Of a stretch of 64,000 nucleotides of DNA, positions 19,981 to 29,464 are shown one piece after another (position 1 is the first letter of the stretch; every line of letters starts with the position of its first letter). A program made the position numbers and the translations under genes. The notes beneath the pieces are model-generated. The model had not been told where the DNA came from, made no database searches, and was given only the letters and a program-made list of their open reading frames with translations. Origin of the DNA: Candidatus Shapirobacteria bacterium (GTDB taxonomy: Bacteria; Patescibacteriota; Microgenomatia; UBA12405); the NCBI GenBank assembly GCA_041665485.1, contig JBAYIT010000002.1:5867-69866 (forward strand). The letters run 5' to 3'.

Positions 19981-20552
19981 ACCAAAAACCCAACCAATAA
20001 CACAGGGAGTATTATTATTGACTTTTGCATTAGTTGGCCAGTCTTTGATAAAGCGTATTGCCAATCACCACCCCACTTATAGTAAATTACCATATCAAGC
20101 TTTTGTCCCCTAGTCCCGAAAGCCAATTTTCCATCAACTATTTTGGTAGGCAAAATTTCAACTATGTATCTTCTGTCTTTGGAATTAGTAATTGTTTGAA
20201 AATCAAGCCGAGCTCGACTAGTATCACCAAAGTTGAATCCGCTAAATAACTGACGATAAATCTCCAAACCACCACTCTCTCTGATTACAATCTCGAGTTG
20301 ATCTCTACTTTCCAAGTTTGGGTTCTTAAACAATACGTCAACCCGATTTAAATTGTCATAACTTGACACAAATTCCGATTTGAACAATGACATATCAGCC
20401 AGCCTAATAAAAGTCAATTCTAAATTACTATTATCAGCAATCGCCAACTTTGACGGTATCAGATTAACCAAAAAGAAAACCCCAAAGTAAGAAACCAAGA
20501 TCAACAGCCAACCAATGATAACTTGCTTTGATTTACTTTTTAAATTTTGCAC
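19974..20552 (-). CDS. Small membrane-anchored protein (N-terminal TM helix plus a soluble domain of about 150 aa), unknown function
   Basis: 192 aa. N-terminal 'VIIGWLLILVSYFGVFFLVNLI' is the only hydrophobic segment. Embedded between GT-C genes in one operon. Confidence 0.5.
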   Translation of the reverse strand: MQNLKSKSKQVIIGWLLILVSYFGVFFLVNLIPSKLAIADNSNLELTFIRLADMSLFKSEFVSSYDNLNRVDVLFKNPNLESRDQLEIVIRESGGLEIYRQLFSGFNFGDTSRARLDFQTITNSKDRRYIVEILPTKIVDGKLAFGTRGQKLDMVIYYKWGGDWQYALSKTGQLMQKSIIILPVLLVGFLVW

Positions 20553-21747
20553 ATAAATATAACCAATAAACTGAAGTCAAGCTTAGGAACAACTTTAAAC
20601 AGCTATCAAGCCAGTGCACGTTTACTTTATGTTTAACCAATATTTCAGAAATAAATGGCATATTAATTAAGTTGTTATTGATCGGCGTTAACAGCCCCCA
20701 ATATAGATATTTATCATCGAATAATAGTGTAATACCAACGAACAAAATCAATATCAATAAAAAATTCCTGTAACCTCCACGCAACACCAGTAGTATGGAT
20801 ATGAATGGCATAAACCATATTAACCATTGTGGGTTGAAGTTCGAAAAACCAAGTAGCATTAGATTAATGGTTACAAGCAAAATGCTCAATCCAACTAAAT
20901 TTATACCCATTTTATTTTTAATGGCAAACAAAGTTGTAACTGTTAGCAACGCCGGTACTAGGGGCACCATCGTTATTGATCCAATATTAATTACATTTTC
21001 AAACATTCTCATTGCTAAACCGGAACGCATGACATCATTTACAAAATAGTCATACTTGATAAACGGCAAAATTGTAATCGCATAAACAAAAAAGCCCAAT
21101 GCAAATAGTCCGATTTTTTTAAGCCAACTTTTTGTTGGGTAAACACCCGCCAATGCCAAAGTCCAAATTAGTGGAAAACTTTTTATACTAGAAGCCAACC
21201 CAAAAATCATAAAAGCAACTAAAGGCTTATCGTAATAAAAATAAAGGCCCAAAATAAAAGGGAAAATTGCCAGAATGTCATTCTGGCCCATTATGACACC
21301 GCTAAAAATCGTAATCGGATTTAAATACCAAATCAAAGTTGCTAGTTTGGCCTGGTTTTTTTTATATCCAGCTTTCAAAACTATCTTGTACACCAAAAAA
21401 CCAGTTAATAAAATCAATAACAATATCGGTGTTTTGCTGGCCAAATTATATAAAAAGATGTTCTCATCTAAAAAAGCAATATTGCTCCCCGTACCAAGCC
21501 AACCAACAATTTCTTTACCAGCTATTAATTTCACTAGCGGTAGCTCTGCTTTTACTATCCAGTAATTTGCTGGAGGGTAGTGAAACTTTGGTGCATTATC
21601 ATGATGTTCATCAAGATATTTATATATGTTCCAAACTTTCTCATTGCCCAATGTTGCGTAATACAAAACTAGTTTGGTGTCCGGATGATAGGTAATCGGA
21701 GCAATAAACAAATAAACTGTCAGGGTCAATAATATTATTTTTCGCAT
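20533..21747 (-). CDS. Polytopic integral membrane protein, candidate GT-C family glycosyltransferase
   Basis: 404 aa. N-terminal loop 'ITYHPDTKLVLYYA' after TM1 and about 10 TM segments. Confidence 0.55.
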   Translation of the reverse strand: MRKIILLTLTVYLFIAPITYHPDTKLVLYYATLGNEKVWNIYKYLDEHHDNAPKFHYPPANYWIVKAELPLVKLIAGKEIVGWLGTGSNIAFLDENIFLYNLASKTPILLLILLTGFLVYKIVLKAGYKKNQAKLATLIWYLNPITIFSGVIMGQNDILAIFPFILGLYFYYDKPLVAFMIFGLASSIKSFPLIWTLALAGVYPTKSWLKKIGLFALGFFVYAITILPFIKYDYFVNDVMRSGLAMRMFENVINIGSITMVPLVPALLTVTTLFAIKNKMGINLVGLSILLVTINLMLLGFSNFNPQWLIWFMPFISILLVLRGGYRNFLLILILFVGITLLFDDKYLYWGLLTPINNNLINMPFISEILVKHKVNVHWLDSCLKLFLSLTSVYWLYLCAKFKK

Positions 21748-21749
21748 TT

Positions 21750-23396
21750 TTATTTTGTGGTAATTATTTTTGCCGTTTCATAAAGAATGTTTGACACCTT
21801 CATTTCAATTTTTGCCCCGTCAACTCTCAGTATTTCTTCATCGGTTATATCTGGTCTTGTCCAAAAGAGAGTATTTGTTAGCTTACTATCCACTGGCCAA
21901 TCAACCTTTCTAAACTCGTATTTATTAAAATTAAAGTTCAAATTCCCTTCTATTCCCGGCTTCGGTCTTAAATAAGCATAAGATTGAACCAACTCTGGTT
22001 TTATTTGGCCGTAAAAAAGGAAAAATATATAATTTTGGGCATGAGGTGAATCAATGATTACGTGGTGATAATCTTTAATTAAACCGGCAAAATACGGCAT
22101 CCCTTCCTTAAACCCCCCCGGCTGATACTCACCGTAATTTAAATAGGGGCTATATCTTAATTCGTTGTTTACGTTAAAGACCAAGGACACTCCTAATACC
22201 ATTGAAAACACAAATTTCCAGCCATATTTCAGTAATCTAGTTTTTATTTTACTGTCTATATAGTTAATGCTGACAACAATTCCTAAGCCAGATAGTATTT
22301 CCAAAGCTGGAAATATGTTTAACGATCTAAAGGGATGAAACCACGTCCACGTTGAAGCCGCCGGTGCAATTCCCGCCACCAACCAATAGATAATTATTCT
22401 CGTCGGCTTTGAGTTTTCAAATCTCTTGATTAAATAAACAACACCAAAAAGCACCATTATTCCCTCAATCCAACCCAACATGCTCATCCCTGGAATATAT
22501 TGGGGCGAACCTCTTACCCAATGAAAAATTCTGTTGTTTAGGTTAATGGGGGATATGTAGGCGCTAACGTTTCCCACCAATCTCCCAATTAGAAAATAAG
22601 CCATACTACCATTAATATCCAATAGTTCCTTCGGAGCATAAGGATAGAACTTATTAAACACGTTCTCCTGTCTGAATCTAGTCAGTACTAGTTGGCTATT
22701 GTTAGCGATTAATATTGGTAGGCAAATTACAACCAAAAGTGTCAGATAAAGCAATCTAGAAAATTTCAAACTAATTTTCTTTTTTTTAATCCAGCTTAAC
22801 GGGTCTAGTGCCCACAGAAGTAATAGCGCCGGCCCGGCAAGTCTAGCTGAGTGGTAAGAATAGGCGGATAAACCCAAAAACAGTACTGATAACAACACCC
22901 TGAATCTCGTCTTGGCCAAAATTAATAGCCATGTAGCTATTAAGAAAAAGCTGGCTGATAAGTTAGTCTCAAGAGCGTTTCTGGAAAAATGCAATCTCCA
23001 AGGTTGAAAAGCTATTAAAATGAATATCCCCAATAATAAATATTTATTTTTAATAAATATTTTTAACAACAGGAAACTAAATATTAGAGAAACAGTTCCG
23101 GCCACTGCCGAAGGTAAACGGACAGCCTGATCACTAACGCCAAAAATTTTATAAAAAGGAATGATCAAATATGCGTACAAAGCTGGTTTATAGTCATTAA
23201 ATGATCTTAATGTCAGAGGTAACTTGTTTCCACATTCATCCTTACCTGTTTCCATTAATGAATAGGCGTTGTATCCCAAAGCCGCTTCGTCAAAACCTAA
23301 AGATGGTGGAGATTTGTCCAGTCCCACAACCCTAACAAAAAAACCGGCCAAAATTACTAAAACCACAAGTATCGGCCAAATTATCTTCTTATTCAT
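21750..23396 (-). CDS. ArnT/PMT-like GT-C membrane glycosyltransferase (paralog 3)
   Basis: 'KSPPSLGFDEAALGYNAYSLMETGKDECGNKLPLTLRSF' D-E loop. C-terminal domain 'GFKEGMPYFAGLIKDYHHVII...YIFFLFYGQ'. Confidence 0.7.
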   Translation of the reverse strand: MNKKIIWPILVVLVILAGFFVRVVGLDKSPPSLGFDEAALGYNAYSLMETGKDECGNKLPLTLRSFNDYKPALYAYLIIPFYKIFGVSDQAVRLPSAVAGTVSLIFSFLLLKIFIKNKYLLLGIFILIAFQPWRLHFSRNALETNLSASFFLIATWLLILAKTRFRVLLSVLFLGLSAYSYHSARLAGPALLLLWALDPLSWIKKKKISLKFSRLLYLTLLVVICLPILIANNSQLVLTRFRQENVFNKFYPYAPKELLDINGSMAYFLIGRLVGNVSAYISPINLNNRIFHWVRGSPQYIPGMSMLGWIEGIMVLFGVVYLIKRFENSKPTRIIIYWLVAGIAPAASTWTWFHPFRSLNIFPALEILSGLGIVVSINYIDSKIKTRLLKYGWKFVFSMVLGVSLVFNVNNELRYSPYLNYGEYQPGGFKEGMPYFAGLIKDYHHVIIDSPHAQNYIFFLFYGQIKPELVQSYAYLRPKPGIEGNLNFNFNKYEFRKVDWPVDSKLTNTLFWTRPDITDEEILRVDGAKIEMKVSNILYETAKIITTK

Positions 23397-24655
23397 TCTA
23401 TCTCAGCCAAACCAATATCTTCACCAAACCGAAATGCTACAGAATCCCTGACACTGCTCTTTGCTAGTATCTTTATACCAGTTTCTTGAACCTTATCTAC
23501 CCAATTGTTTGGAAAACGATTATCCTCTCGGCTACCCGCAAATTCACCCACAAAACCAGCCAATAATGTATTTTTCTCTATCTCATCTTTAGGAACCTCA
23601 AAACTTTCAAAAATAAAATTATATTTTTTGCACTTTTCACCAAGGTAATAAAAGCAATAACCTTTACCATTTCCCACCCGGCCACTAACTCTAATGGTTT
23701 TATATTTACTTAAGTCAAGTTTATCAATATTTTCAAACCAAAACTGATAAACCAATGGTCGATTGTCAAACCAGTACTCGCTTCTCCTACTAAGATTGCT
23801 GGCGTTAATCAGAATCCCGTATACGATCAATAAACTCAAAGGTATGGCAATGTATTTCGATATATTTACCAACCCAGTAGCCAATATTAGAGAAATAGGC
23901 CACATGGCGCCAATCAATCTTAAATTAGTTGGACCGGAACTGAAAACAAAGCCTAACCAAACTATCAATCCGCTAATCAATAAAAAATGGTTAATTTCTT
24001 TGTTTTTTTGTTTGGTCAAATAATACAAACCAAGAACTAATAAGAATATTTCCGTCCAATAAAACATAACTATCGATTTTTGTTCAGTTGGGTTTATCTC
24101 TCCAAAAAATAGGCTTTCTAGATCAAAAAAAGGTAATGTCTCTGTCACAATCTCTTTGTAATCAAAAAATATTTTATTGCCCGATAATCTCCTAAACCAA
24201 AGAGGTGTTTCTATTTTTTCTCTCAAACTGTCTTCAGCATAAAAATGGTTATTTACCTTTTCCTGAATCTCCTCAAAACCAATTTTTGACAATACGGTCG
24301 GATGATTTCCAATCAGCAGGACGTTTAATATTGGTAAAACAATTACCCCAATATAAAAAAATCTATAGTTCAAATTAAGAACCAAACTTAAACAAAATAG
24401 CATCAACGCAGTTAGAGGATAAGCCAGTGCGACAACCCAAAGTGTCGGCGAAATTATCAGCAAACAAACAGTCACCAGTGCCACTATCCGGCTAGTTCTA
24501 GCAGCAATAGTTTTTGCCAACAAGAACAAAGAAAAAGCTAGTAACAAGGTTGCAACAACTCTCAAAACGATCAACCAATTTTCTCCATATAGCCCAACCC
24601 ATCCCATGATCTTTACTTGTTCCTCTGTTGGTGGATAGGCCAATATGTTAAACAT
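23393..24655 (-). CDS. Polytopic integral membrane protein, unknown; first gene of the minus-strand GT-C operon
   Basis: 420 aa. N-terminal half is hydrophobic (about 8 TM) and the C-terminal half is soluble. The stop overlaps the downstream gene (ATGA-type). Confidence 0.5.
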   Translation of the reverse strand: MFNILAYPPTEEQVKIMGWVGLYGENWLIVLRVVATLLLAFSLFLLAKTIAARTSRIVALVTVCLLIISPTLWVVALAYPLTALMLFCLSLVLNLNYRFFYIGVIVLPILNVLLIGNHPTVLSKIGFEEIQEKVNNHFYAEDSLREKIETPLWFRRLSGNKIFFDYKEIVTETLPFFDLESLFFGEINPTEQKSIVMFYWTEIFLLVLGLYYLTKQKNKEINHFLLISGLIVWLGFVFSSGPTNLRLIGAMWPISLILATGLVNISKYIAIPLSLLIVYGILINASNLSRRSEYWFDNRPLVYQFWFENIDKLDLSKYKTIRVSGRVGNGKGYCFYYLGEKCKKYNFIFESFEVPKDEIEKNTLLAGFVGEFAGSREDNRFPNNWVDKVQETGIKILAKSSVRDSVAFRFGEDIGLAEIE

Positions 24656-24712
24656 CTTACACAGTATAAAACAACTTAGGACTCAATTTTGGTATAAAAT
24701 ATATAAGTTCCA
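24656..24712 (+). promoter_or_regulatory. Divergent intergenic region with candidate extended -10 element (tgGTATAAAAT) for the plus-strand block starting at 24713
   Basis: Only 57 nt between divergently transcribed operons. 'TGgTATAAAAT' lies about 18 nt upstream of the ATG with no SD, so a short or leaderless 5'UTR is implied. Confidence 0.3.
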
Positions 24713-26377
24713 ATGAAATTCAAGCTTATTCTAACATTCTTTACTCTTCTTATTGGCCTGCTTTTAGGTTACACCCGCTTTACTAATCTCAATTCTCTCC
24801 CCCCATCCCTTTTTTCCGACGAAGTCGACGCCCAATACCAAGCTTTTGTCTTTAATCACCTTAAAACCGATTACTTTGGCAACCGTTTCCCCGTCCATTT
24901 CCATTCTTTCGCCGATTGGCGTACCCCGCTTACTATCTACGTTACCGCTCTTATTCAATCAGCATTCCCCGATTTTACCGATATTTCCGTCAGATTGTCT
25001 TCGGCTATTTTTGGTATTGGCTTTGTTCTTGTCATGTCATTTTTTATCTATAAAGCCGTTTCTCCTATTTCCGGAGTAGTCTCCTTTCTTTTTCTTAGCT
25101 TCTCTCCCTGGTTAATCCACTATAGCCGAACTGGCTTTGAGGCCACCGGCATGCTTTTTTGTCTAAGTCTTAATTTACTATTTTTTTACTACTACACAAA
25201 AAAACATCGTCTCCTTTTCTTAACTTTTTCGATCGTTTTTTTAATTCTTTCTACCTACTTTTACAGTACTGCTAAGCTTTTTGCCGTTTTTATCATTGTT
25301 TCGGAGTTCTTTTTTTGGCGCTCCGATATTATTAAAATCAAAACCAGAGATATGTTCAAGGTTCTTATCATCTCTCTTATTGTTGCTCTACCGCTTATTC
25401 GAGACACCCTACTAAACCGCACCGGCTTCCGTTTCTCTTACATTAGTATTTTTTCTAATCCCCAAATAAGCAAAGAAGTAGATTTTTCCCGTTATCAGGA
25501 TATCCTCATCGACCACCCCCAAGAAATCGGTGTAGTCACCCCCTTCTCCTCTAAGATATTTCATAATCGCCTCCAATATCTCTGGCAAAATTTTTATCAA
25601 AACTACATCTCCTCTTTTTCCACCGATTTTCTTCTCCTAAAAGGGGACACCAATCTTCGTCAAGGCTTTGCTGATACCAGCCTCCTTTATCCTCTAGACC
25701 TAATCCTTTTACTTTTGGGAATTTATATTTCTTTTCGAAAATCCAAAAATAATTTAAACAAGTTTTTTCTTATTCTGCTTCTACTTTCTCCCATCCCTTT
25801 TTCTCTTACCCGTGACTCCCTCGGGCCCCACGCCACCCGTTTAATTCTTTTTTTACTTCCCTTTACCTATTTTATTTCCCAAGTCGGTCTTGTAATTAAC
25901 AAACGGCTTTTAATTCCTCTTACTGCCATTTATTTTATCTTTTTTCTAAATTTCTGGCATTACTATTCCCTTCATTATCCTCAAATTTCGGCTAGATTCT
26001 GGCACACTGGCATTAAAGAAACCGTTCTCCAAGTCGGTCTTTACCCCAACACCGATATCTACTTTAGTAATAATCCCGAGCCAATTCTCCCTTTCTTTTT
26101 ATTTTATTCCCGGTATCTTCCCCAAAATACTTCTATTACCCAAAATATAAAAAATATCTCTACTGATTTTTTTGATGGCGCCCGTCTTGGAGAACACTAC
26201 TATTTTGGCCATCTTAATTGGTCAAGTCCGCCGCCATCAGGATTGGTTGTTACTACCCAGGAAGAAGTTAAAAACAACTTCGATTTTGCCACTAATTATA
26301 AAATAATTCTAACTTTTGATAAAAAATACATCGAAGAGCCAACCTATCTTCTTGCCAAACCCATTAATGAAAACTAA
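24713..26377 (+). CDS. ArnT/PMT-like GT-C membrane glycosyltransferase (paralog 4)
   Basis: 'SLPPSLFSDEVDAQYQAFVF...GNRFPVHFHSF' D-E loop. C-terminal domain 'WHTGIKETVLQVG...PFFLFYSRY'. Confidence 0.7.
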   Translation: MKFKLILTFFTLLIGLLLGYTRFTNLNSLPPSLFSDEVDAQYQAFVFNHLKTDYFGNRFPVHFHSFADWRTPLTIYVTALIQSAFPDFTDISVRLSSAIFGIGFVLVMSFFIYKAVSPISGVVSFLFLSFSPWLIHYSRTGFEATGMLFCLSLNLLFFYYYTKKHRLLFLTFSIVFLILSTYFYSTAKLFAVFIIVSEFFFWRSDIIKIKTRDMFKVLIISLIVALPLIRDTLLNRTGFRFSYISIFSNPQISKEVDFSRYQDILIDHPQEIGVVTPFSSKIFHNRLQYLWQNFYQNYISSFSTDFLLLKGDTNLRQGFADTSLLYPLDLILLLLGIYISFRKSKNNLNKFFLILLLLSPIPFSLTRDSLGPHATRLILFLLPFTYFISQVGLVINKRLLIPLTAIYFIFFLNFWHYYSLHYPQISARFWHTGIKETVLQVGLYPNTDIYFSNNPEPILPFFLFYSRYLPQNTSITQNIKNISTDFFDGARLGEHYYFGHLNWSSPPPSGLVVTTQEEVKNNFDFATNYKIILTFDKKYIEEPTYLLAKPINEN

Positions 26378-27872
26378 ACGTCGGCTTATCCCAATCGTCT
26401 TAATAATCTGCCTCTCTCTTCTCTCCGTTTACCGGTTGTTGCGTCCTGGTTTTCTTTCTCTTCAAGACGATATGCATGTTTTTCGCTTACAGGAATTCCA
26501 CCAGTGTCTTATTGACGGCCAAATTCCCTGCCGTTATTCCACTACTGCCTCTTTCAATTACGGCTCACCCATTTTTAATTTCTACCCACCTCTTTCCTAT
26601 ATTATTCCCGAATTATTTCATCTTCTTGGTTTTTCTCTTGCCGACAGCATTAAACTCCTTCTCATTTTTTCTGCTGTTATCCGTGGTTTAGGCATGTACT
26701 TTCTTGCCGGTCCAGTTGCTGCCATTCTTTATATTTTCGCCCCTTACCAAGCCCTAAACACCTTTGTTCGTGGCGCTATTGCCGAAAACCTAGCCCTAAG
26801 CCTTCTGCCTTGGCTAATTCTGAGTTTAAAATATAAAAGATTTGCTTCCGCCACTCTCTTTTCAACTCTGCTCCTATTAACTCATCAACTTTCTATCATC
26901 GCCTTTCTGCCAATAATTGCCGGATTTTGCCTAATCGAAAAAATATCTTTTAAAAAATTAATAACTATTTCAACTCTTTCTCTTGGTCTTTCTTCGTTTT
27001 TTTTATTGCCCTCTATTTTCGAAAGGGGATTCACTACTAATAGCACTATGTTTACCGACTATTTTGATTATCATCTCCACTTTGTCAGTCTTTATCAAAT
27101 TTTTATCTCTCGCTTTTGGGGTTATGGTGCTTCCAATTGGGGAATAGGCGATGGCATGGGTTTTACTATTGGCCAAATTCAATTTATCATCCCATTTTTA
27201 CTTTTTTTATTTTCTCCAAAAAAGATTAAACTCAAAATTATCCCCTTACTTGGTCTTGCTCTTTTCTTTCTTTTCCTCACTCACCAACGTTCTACTTTTA
27301 TTTGGCAAGCCATACCTTTTTTGGCCTTTTTCCAATTTCCCTGGCGTTTTATTGGTCCAGCCGTTTTTCTGTTCTCTTATGCTTCAGGTTTAATCAAAAT
27401 TAATCGGTTGTTTATCATCCTCATTGCCGTCTTGGCCATCACCTCCAATATAAATTTCTTTCATGAAGACTTGTGGTATAAAAATCCAGATTTTCTCACT
27501 CAAAAATCAGAATCAGGTTTTCGTGATTTTTGGCCAAAATCCGGTAATCAATTTCCAGACAAACCCGCTCCTGCCACCACTGATGTTTCTAATTTCTCCA
27601 AAACCTCAAACCAAATAAATTTCACCTCCAATTTTGACAAGCCAACACTTACCGAATTGCCCTTAGTCTATTTTCCCGGCTGGAAAGCCACCATCAACCT
27701 TAGGCCCGCTAGTATTATCGTCAACCCTGATCTTGGCCAGATAAACCTTGATATTCCTGCCGGTAAAAACCAAATAAATTTAACTTTTGCCGATACTCCA
27801 ATTAGAAAAGCAGGTAACATTATTTCTTTGGGAACACTAGTTATTATATTAATAACCCTCCTACCACTATGA
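26367..27872 (+). CDS. Large polytopic membrane protein, GT-C-like family B (paralog of 1878..3581)
   Basis: 'LQDDMHVFRLQEFHQCLIDGQIPCRY...PIFNFYPPLSY' matches the motif of 1878..3581. The ATG at 26367 (MKTKRR) is preferred over the 26316 ORF start, which would overlap the upstream gene by 62 nt. Confidence 0.65.
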   Translation: MKTKRRLIPIVLIICLSLLSVYRLLRPGFLSLQDDMHVFRLQEFHQCLIDGQIPCRYSTTASFNYGSPIFNFYPPLSYIIPELFHLLGFSLADSIKLLLIFSAVIRGLGMYFLAGPVAAILYIFAPYQALNTFVRGAIAENLALSLLPWLILSLKYKRFASATLFSTLLLLTHQLSIIAFLPIIAGFCLIEKISFKKLITISTLSLGLSSFFLLPSIFERGFTTNSTMFTDYFDYHLHFVSLYQIFISRFWGYGASNWGIGDGMGFTIGQIQFIIPFLLFLFSPKKIKLKIIPLLGLALFFLFLTHQRSTFIWQAIPFLAFFQFPWRFIGPAVFLFSYASGLIKINRLFIILIAVLAITSNINFFHEDLWYKNPDFLTQKSESGFRDFWPKSGNQFPDKPAPATTDVSNFSKTSNQINFTSNFDKPTLTELPLVYFPGWKATINLRPASIIVNPDLGQINLDIPAGKNQINLTFADTPIRKAGNIISLGTLVIILITLLPL

Positions 27873-29464
27873 AAAAGTGGCCAAAATTTCTATTTGTCGT
27901 TATTCTTCTTCTATCCGCGTTTATCCGCTTCTATCAGTTAGATCATTTCCCTCCCAGCCCCAATTGGGACGAAGTTAGTCACGGTGTTAATGCTCAAAGT
28001 ATCTTAGAAACGGGAGCCGATCAATGGGGCCAAAAATTTCCTCTCTTCAATTTTCGTGCTTACGGCGATTATCCAACTGTCGCCAACATGTATTTCACTA
28101 TCCCTTTTATTAAAATCCTTGGTCTCAACACTTTATCTATTAGATTACCTTCGGCCATCTTTGGTTTTCTTTTCGTTCCTTTAATTTTCTTTTTATGTCA
28201 GATTTTGTTTGGCCAAACCAGAATCTCTCTCATCGCGATGTTTATTACTGCCATTGCCCCTTGGTCCTTTTTCCCTTCCCGCGCTGTTTTTCAATCAACT
28301 ACCGCCATTACTTTTCTTATCGCCGCCATTACTTTCTTTTTTTATTTTTATTATCATCATAAATCTTATCTCATATTTCTTAGTTCTCTCTTCTTAGGCT
28401 TATCCATGTACGCCTACCACAACACCAGGCTAATCGCCCCTTTGATCTTTGTCTATCTTTTTTGGTCAATCAAAAAATCATTTAAAAAAGTAGTTTTCCC
28501 TATCCTGTTATTTTTATTTTTTGCCGTCCCTTCTTTAATTAATCTTCTTTCTCCTGAATCCCGGGCCCGTGGTTATTGGGTTTCTTTAATTAACCCCAGT
28601 GCCATCAATTTAATCAACGAACAACGTCGGCTTTATGAAGGCCCACCAATTCTAAATTTGATCCTTCACAATAAAGTTACTTACGCCGTCCCTCAAATTA
28701 CCCTTAATTTCTTGAATTTTTTCAACCCCATTCCTTTATTTTTTACTGGTACCGGCCAATATCAATTCAATGTTGCCGGAAAGGGTCTCCTCTTTCCCGT
28801 TTGGCTTCCGTTTTTCTATCTTGGATTGTTATCTCTTTGGCGTCATCGCCAAAAACCATCTTATCGGTTTTTAATCTTTTGGCTTATTGTCGGCTTATTT
28901 CCTGCCATTATTACCTCCGGTGATTTTGCTTCCATCCGCGCCACCACTGCCATGCCTGTTTACCTTATTCTCACTGCCCTAGGCATCAATCAGTTTCTTT
29001 CCTCCCTTCCAATAATTCTTATCATTATTGCTTCACTTTTATCTTTTTCTAATTATCTTTATCTTTACATCACCTCTTACGCTCAAAATTACTCCCAATC
29101 TTGGCAATTTGGCTACCAAGAAGCCATAGAAATCATCAAACCCATCTACTCTAAGTACGACCATATCTATTTTACTAAAAAATACGGCGAACCCCATGAA
29201 TTCATTCTCTTCTTTTGGCCTTGGAGTCTCAAAAGCTTTCAGAATGATCCTAATTTAGGTTGGGACTATCATGCTTATTGGTATTGGGTCAACTCCTTTG
29301 ATAAATTTATATTCCTCAATGATTGGGAGATAACCAAATATTCTTTCCCCCCCAATAGTCTTTTGGTAACCTCTCCCCAAAATTATTCTGGCAAACCGGT
29401 TAAAATATCAGCAGTTAAGTTTCTTGATCAGTCGGTCGCTTTTGACATTGTCGGCTATGAATAA
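27869..29464 (+). CDS. ArnT/PMT-like GT-C membrane glycosyltransferase (paralog 5; first of three tandem copies)
   Basis: 'FPPSPNWDEVSHGVNAQSILETGADQWGQKFPLFNFRAYGDY' D-E loop. C-terminal domain 'WQFGYQEAIEIIKPIYSKYDHIYF...FILFFW'. Confidence 0.7.
   Translation: MKKWPKFLFVVILLLSAFIRFYQLDHFPPSPNWDEVSHGVNAQSILETGADQWGQKFPLFNFRAYGDYPTVANMYFTIPFIKILGLNTLSIRLPSAIFGFLFVPLIFFLCQILFGQTRISLIAMFITAIAPWSFFPSRAVFQSTTAITFLIAAITFFFYFYYHHKSYLIFLSSLFLGLSMYAYHNTRLIAPLIFVYLFWSIKKSFKKVVFPILLFLFFAVPSLINLLSPESRARGYWVSLINPSAINLINEQRRLYEGPPILNLILHNKVTYAVPQITLNFLNFFNPIPLFFTGTGQYQFNVAGKGLLFPVWLPFFYLGLLSLWRHRQKPSYRFLIFWLIVGLFPAIITSGDFASIRATTAMPVYLILTALGINQFLSSLPIILIIIASLLSFSNYLYLYITSYAQNYSQSWQFGYQEAIEIIKPIYSKYDHIYFTKKYGEPHEFILFFWPWSLKSFQNDPNLGWDYHAYWYWVNSFDKFIFLNDWEITKYSFPPNSLLVTSPQNYSGKPVKISAVKFLDQSVAFDIVGYE

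Noticed and set aside
21339-21695. Plus-strand 118-aa ORF (and 21275..21565) antisense to membrane-protein gene 20533..21747
   Set aside because: Antisense to a long, well-supported minus-strand ORF in the middle of a co-directional operon. No independent start or stop context.
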